Shown here piece by piece: positions 57,669 to 64,000 of a stretch of 64,000 nucleotides of DNA. How positions within the stretch are numbered: position 1 is the stretch's first letter; each line of letters starts with the position of its first letter. The stretch is from Squalus acanthias (lineage: Eukaryota), in the NCBI GenBank assembly GCA_030390025.1, contig JASTWF010000342.1, positions 62,001 through 126,000 on the forward strand, given 5' to 3'. The notes under the pieces are model-generated. The model saw only the letters and a list, made by a program, of their open reading frames with translations, did no database searches and had not been told where the DNA came from. A program made the translations under genes and the position numbers.

Positions 57669-60051
57669 CCTAATTAAAGCGACCCTGAGCTGCTGTCAGG
57701 TAAAGCTGGATGGGGCTTTTAGGAATTTTTTTCTAACTGTTGCTTCTGGTTTTACACCTTAACGCATCTGAAATGTCATCTAGTTGCTGCTGTAGGTCCT
57801 GCACACATGTTGCCTGCTGCTCCATATTGCTGCTTCTTTCTGATCCTGTTGCCAAATACACCTCCCATTTAAACTGCTGCTGAAGGGCCTTCATAAGTAG
57901 CTGCCCTGCCCGATTTTCCACCTCTGAGTTAGTGAGACGCCTATTGGGGAGTGCATTTTGCGCTGGCAGCTCACTGACTACATTATAATAAGGGCTCACT
58001 TTGAAAATCAATTAGATCCAAGGCTGACACCTCCAGGGCAGCTGCCGCGCATTCCCCGCCCATCACCGATTAACAAATGCACACCCTGCCCACAGCCCGA
58101 TTAATACAATCATACCGTGCCCACTGCCCGATTAACACAAGCACACCTAAATCATCCTGGCTTCTCTAACAATGAAACGGTCGAGGCTGGTTTTGATTGT
58201 CTTGGAGCAATTTTTAAACATAACCATTAGTCAGGCTTTCAAAGAACGCATAGAACCAGTGTCCTAGTGCAAAGAGATATTTGCAAATCTGTAAATGAAA
58301 TATTGTAAGAATGAAATAATGAAATGTTCAGTTAGCTACCCCTAAGAAAGGCACAAATTAGTTATTTTGAGGGGTAGTTTGAAGTAGTTCCTATTCCAAA
58401 TGTGTACACGTTAGAAACTCAGTACTCACACGTCCAGCTAATTTATTGTCATGCTATGCTGCAAGGCAGTCTGATTTATTAATTTACACTGCTGTTATGT
58501 TTTAAGGCCAAAAATACACAGAATAGGGCAAGAATAAAAATAAACGGGCACTAGACTGTTCCATCAGAAGAAATTGTCACCACATGAACTTTGACTGGAT
58601 AACCTATTTGGCATCGAGTCCCTGGAAGGCACTGGTCCAGAGCAGCTTGGGAATCCTGGCAGACCACCTGGTTGTACCATATGACACATATATTCATTGT
58701 TGTGTGCCATATGTTACAACCATGACTCTATGCACTCTGATTGTGTGCAAGTGTTTTAGAGGCAATAAAATCCAAATTAATTTCGGTGCTTCAGTATCAA
58801 TAATATCTCATCTGCTCTATCGATCCACATAATAGCAAAGATTTCCCAGTCCTAGTGGCTGCTGAATGTCGCTAGCTTTGCCCTAACTTCAACTATGTGG
58901 GATTTTCCATGGTCACTCATTTTTTAAAATTACAATTCATTCTCGGGATGTAGGCATCACCGGCATTACCAGTATTTATTGCCCATCCCTAGTTTCTCTG
59001 GATACAACTGAGTGAGGACTCTCCATATGAAAACCCATGTCACCTTTACTGCAGGTAGAAGCCAAAAATGTGTTGGTGGCCAGAAAATCTCTCACTGTGG
59101 CAGTTTAAAATGCAACTCTGTAGCGTCCCAAAGCAAAACATAATCCAGAAATACGAAGGTATTGTGAGATATGGGCAAAGTTGTCCAGGTAGTGAGCACC
59201 TTTTAAATGGATCATTCTGTCGGGTGGATCTGCTCTTGAACAAGCTAGGCCTCTTTTATCTGCTCATAAGTTACACTGATGGCAATAATGTCTAATGAGG
59301 GTAGGAATTATGGGAATTAGGACCTCTTACAGCATCCATTTAATTTGGAGTGTACACTGGAACTGACCCCTCCCACCAGAACTGCAATTTCCACAGAATG
59401 AAAATGAGGCATAAAATCAGTGGAAACACTATCGAGGTAGCGTTTCCGCGAGGCTGCGTTGGTTTTTGCTGTGCAATTTGCCGAAAATTAGCCAAACCAA
59501 CGCAAAAGATCGAGGAACTGCAAACGCAAGTTACGTCCATCGCAAATTGAGTTTCCACAACCTTTTTACGCTGATTTAAAATACATTGCGCTGGAAGCTA
59601 GCCCCGCCCACAAAACTGGACACGCTCCCGAATTAATCACAATGGGGAGTTTCCATTAATTGCACCCATTTTCAGCCCTGCAAGGAGGCTCCTAAAATTA
59701 AGTTAATAAATACAGTGGGTGAGAAGGCTTCGGGCAAAGTGAACCTGAGCGGCATGTCCACTCAAACACAGACAGAAATTGAAAAAGTGACGTCAGAGTA
59801 AAAAGCACCTCGACTGACATCAGCACAAAGGAAGGAGCTGATTGGTGAGTAGCTGTTGAGTGTTTCTTTTTCTCCAGAACAGATCAGGGTCAAGTCTTAA
59901 GTTTATTTCTGGTAAGTTTACATTGTAGTCTAATAAAGAGGCATTTAAATTTTTTCCAGTGTTTTAGTGCTGAGTGCAAGTGAATGTGCAGAAAAAGAAA
60001 CAAAAACTTACAACAAACTAGAAAGTAGATGTAAATAATATAAATAACAAA

Positions 60052-60711
60052 GGGGGAGAAATTCATTATCGCCCTGTTTGGGGCGCTAATTTTTAAAAGT
60101 TTGAAAAGTTAGCACCAGACGATAATGTTTCTAAACTTTTGAACAATTCGCCGTTTGCGCTCCAGGAAGGAAGTGGATGCTAAATCAAGTGCTCCACTTC
60201 CTTCTTGGAGCACAATCGGCAGCAGGTGAGGCGGAGACTTCAGCAGCGCTGCACACTGGGCCGTGCAGCACTGCCGCAATCAAAGGCTCCTTCCCTCCCT
60301 TAAAGGGAAGGGCCATCGCTGCAGGCTCTGCAATATAAAAAGTACCTACCTGGACCACCAAGGCAGCCGTGATCCCGCTCGATCAGCCCGGCACTCTGCT
60401 TGATCAATCGCGGGCAGGAACCCGCGGAAAAAAACTGCAACAAGAAAGGTAAGTTTTTTTTTACTTACCTCGGCCACCTCGCCTTTAATCATCGCCCCTG
60501 AAGTGGCTGGCCGCCCGATGCACGCCTCCTGCAGCTGTTGGTGTTTTGCGACCGGCACTGCTGCAGGGGGCGGAAGTCAATTTTGGGTCCGGGGCGCTAC
60601 CGGGGCGATGACGTCATGATCTCCGGGTGAAGGAGATCAGGGTGCAATGCCGTAGCGCTGCCGCAAAACCCCCACCTGGGAGGTGCAAAAGGCACCCAAT
60701 TTCGCTCCCCC
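60052..60711. mobile_element. MITE with the same TIR as the 50514-54579 Harbinger
   Basis: gggggagaaatt / aatttcgctccccc; sub-terminal tttgaaaagtt..agcaccag shared with about 50553-50580. Confidence 0.65.
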
Positions 60712-60721
60712 AGACTAAGAT

Positions 60722-61684
60722 ATGGCAGAGCAGGTTGTGTGTCTGGACGGTAGTATGTGGGAGTTTGTTGACAGCGAGACTGTCGCAAATGAACACATCT
60801 ACAGGAGATGTCTCCATCTCAAAGCTCTCCGGCTCAGAGTCATTGAGCTGGAGTGCGAGTTGGAGACACTCCAACACATAAGGGAGGGGGAGGAGTATCT
60901 GGCCAGTTTGCTCCAGACCTCGGTCACACCACGTAGAGAGGTGCAGGTTCAGAACAGGATTGGTGTGACCAATAGTGTGCAGAGTAAGAGGAACCCAGGT
61001 GAGATAGAGAACAAGGAACTGTAGAAACTGATCCTATTCAATAGGTACAATGTACTTGCTAACTATGAGGATAAGGATAAAGACTGTCGGAAGGACAGCC
61101 AGAATGCGGACCATGGCACTTTGGAGCAGGAGGCTGTCCAAAGCGGGGAGGAGGAGGTGTGGGAGGGGAAGCGTAATGTCGTAGTTGTAGGGGATTTAAT
61201 AATTAGAGGGACAGATAGCATCCTTTGTAAGCAGGATCGAGAGTCCCACATGGTATGTTGCCTACCTGGTGCCAGGGTGAGGGACATCTTGAACCGGCTT
61301 GAAAGGATATTGGAGAGGGAGGGGGAAGATCCAGTCATTGTGGTCCATGTTGGGACCAACAACATAGGGAAGAGTAGGCAAGAGGTCCTGTTTGAGGAGT
61401 ACCAGGAACTAGGAGCTAAATTAAAGTACAGGACCTCAAGGGTTATAATCTCTGGATTATTACCTGAGCCACGTGCAAATTGGCATAGAGATAAGGAGAT
61501 TAGGGAGGTGAACACGTGGCTGAAGGAGTTGTGTGGGAAAGAAGGGTTCCATTTCATGGGGCACTGGTACCAGTACAGTGACAGGAAGGAACTGTACCAT
61601 TGGGACGGGCTCCACCTGAACCAGTCTGGGACAAGGGTCCTAGCGGAAAGGATAAATAGGGCGGACAAGAGGACTTTAAACTAG
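60722..61684 (+). pseudogene. CR1 ORF1 (zipper + SGNH esterase domain)
   Basis: LRLRVIELECELETL zipper; VVVGD, CLPGA, VHVGTNN, DGLHLN esterase blocks; internal stop. Confidence 0.85.
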
Positions 61685-61914
61685 TAAATGGGGGGGTGGG
61701 GGGGGGGGGGGGGGAGGGTTCAGATGGAAAATGTAGTACAAATAATAGTTCAAAAACAAACGAAAAGGAGAGAGTAGAGTAACAGTCAGAAATTGTGCTT
61801 TAGGCACTACAGGTAAAGGGAAAACTAAAAGATGTAACGTGATTAAACTAGGAGAGCGAAATAAGAAACATGTGAGTAAAACATTAGAGCTGAAGGACAG
61901 GCGAGGGTGTGTGG

Positions 61915-64000
61915 CCCAAATAAGTGTTCTTTATACAAACGCACGGAGTATAAGGAATAAATTGAATGAACTGCAGGCGCAAATTCAACTTGGAGGGTAT
62001 GACATGGTAGCCATTACTGAGACATGGCTGCAAGATGGTCAGGTCTAGGAACTAAATATACCAGGTTATAAGGTCTACAGGAAAGATAGGGAAAATGTTA
62101 GAAGGGGAGGAGTAGCCTTAGTGATTAAGGATGAAATCACTTCAATGATAAGAGAGGATATAATAAGGTAAGCAGGCAGTGGAGACTTTATGGGTAGAAT
62201 TAAGAAATAGGAAAGGATTTAAGACGATAGTGGGAGTTGTGTATAGGCCCCGGTAGCAGCTGTGAAGTGCTAGATTGTATAACTGCAGAGGTTACACAAG
62301 CATGTAGTAAAGGCAGAGTGGTTTTACTGGGGGAATTTAACCTTCATATAGATTGGATAAGCAGACTAGCACCTGCCAGAAAGGTCATGAATTTCTTGAG
62401 TGTGTCTGGGATAGTTTTCTGCAACAATATGTTCTAGAACCAACAAGAGGGCATGCCATATTAGATTTAGTAATAAGTAACGAGCCAGATTTAGTTAACA
62501 GCCTAACTGTGCTTGAACATTTATCTAATAGTGATCTTAACAGAATCGAGTTCAAAGTAGCGTTTGAAAGGGAGAAACGTGAAACAGCTACTAAGATTCT
62601 AGATTTAGGTAAGGCCAACTTCAAGGGGATGAGACAGAGACTGTCCACAGTAAACTGGGCAAATCTGTTAATGGATAAAATGACAGAAGATCAGTGGGAG
62701 GTGTTCAAAAAAGATTTTAACGTGATACAGAACCAGTTTATACCCCTAAGGGGCAAGAGCTCCACTTGCCAAAAAAAAAGCCATGGATGACTAAAGAGGT
62801 AAGGGACAGCATAAAACTAAAAGAAAAAGCATACAGAAATGCAAAAAAAGCACAAATCTTGACGAATGGGAAAGATACAAGGAAGAGCAAAGGGTGACAA
62901 AACAGATAGTAAGAGCTACAAAAAGGGAATATGAAAAGAAACTTGCAAGGGATATCAAAATCAACACAAAAAAAATTACAATTATATTAGGAAAAAGAGG
63001 GTGGTCAGCAGTAATGTTGACCCCTCGAAAACTGATATCGGTGATATTGTCAATGATAATAAGGAAATGGCAGACATGTTGAATAATTACTTTGTGTCAG
63101 TATTTACAGTAGAGGAAGAGGATAGTATACCGGAAACCCCAAGGAGACTAATATTGAATCAAGGACAGAAACTCAACTAAATTAGCGTAAGCAAAATAAC
63201 AGTAATGAAGAAAATAATGGCACTAAAGAGTGACAAATCCCCAGGACCACATGGTTTCCATCCCAGGGTTTAAAGGAAGTAGATGAGCGCTTTGTAGATG
63301 CTCTAACTATAATCTTCCAAAGTTCTCTCAATTCAGGAATCGGTCCTTTAGATTAAAAAATTGCACATGTCACTCCACTATTTAAAATGGTGAGAGATGG
63401 AAACCAGGGAATTATAGACCAGTAAGCCTAACATCTGTTGTCGGGAAATTGCTAGAGTCTGTAATTAAGGATAGGGTGACTGAACACCTTGAAAATTTTC
63501 AGCTGATCAGAGAGAGCCAGCATGGATTTGTGAAAGGTAGGTCAAGCCTGACAAACCTGACTGAAGTTTTTGAAGAAGAGACTAAAGTAGGGGACAGGGG
63601 AATGTCTATGGATGTTATTTATATGGACTTCCAGAAGGCATTTGATAAAGTCCCTCATAAGAGACCGTTAACTAAGGTTGAAGCCCATGGAATTGAGGGC
63701 AAATTATTGACCTGGTTAGGAAAGTGGCTGAGCAGCAGGAGACAGAGTAGGGATAATGGGTAGGTAGTCTAATTGGCAGGATGTGACTAGTGGTGTCCCG
63801 CAGGGATCTGTTTTGGGGCCTCAACTATTCACTGTATTTATTAACGACTTAGATGATGGGATAGAAAGCCACATGTCCAAATTTGCCGATGACACAAAGA
63901 TAGGTGGCATTGTAGGTAGTGTAGATAAAAGCATAAAATTGCAAAGGGATATCGAGAGATTAAGTGAATGGGCAAAACTGTGGCAAATGGATTTCAATGT
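61915..64000 (+). pseudogene. CR1 ORF2 (APE endonuclease + RT), frameshifted
   Basis: [57 protein letters not shown]. Confidence 0.9.

Larger units (their letters stand above)
59700..64000 (+). mobile_element. Near full-length decayed CR1 LINE (5' UTR, ORF1, ORF2), runs off the window end
   Basis: ORF1 then poly-G spacer (61690-61714) then ORF2 motifs; 5' boundary approximate. Confidence 0.85.

Noticed and set aside
58040..58145. Three spaced ccgattaa(c/t)acaa repeats (CRISPR-like?)
   Set aside because: Degenerate minisatellite in eukaryotic DNA; spacers resemble each other; no cas genes.
61690..61714. Poly-G tract
   Set aside because: Homopolymer in the CR1 ORF1-ORF2 spacer; length unreliable and no specific function supportable.

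Overview
Repeat-saturated vertebrate DNA, most likely from a shark or ray (inferred from an HE1-like V-SINE plus dense CR1, Penelope and Harbinger copies). I found no host protein-coding gene. The centrepiece is a very young, apparently intact 12.6-kb endogenous retrovirus-like provirus at 3483-16059. It has 1596-bp LTRs differing at one position seen by eye, a 4-bp GGAT TSD and an 18-nt tRNA-Arg PBS overlapping the gag ATG. Gag carries an overlapping PSAP/PPxY late domain. gag and pol are in frame across a UGA-CUAG stop. Pol runs PR-RT-degenerate RNase H-second RNase H-IN. The 783-aa Env looks like a class I F-type fusion protein rather than an orthoretroviral SU/TM, and carries an N-terminal immunoglobulin-like domain. 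This architecture suggests a lokiretrovirus-like lineage (inference; needs phylogeny). Four more LTRs from the same or related families occur in the window and share a candidate splice donor and a covarying U5 hairpin. The rest is nested TEs up to five levels deep: CR1 LINEs, two decayed two-gene Harbinger transposons, MITEs, a decayed Gypsy element, SINEs, and Penelope-like elements carrying minimal hammerhead ribozymes.
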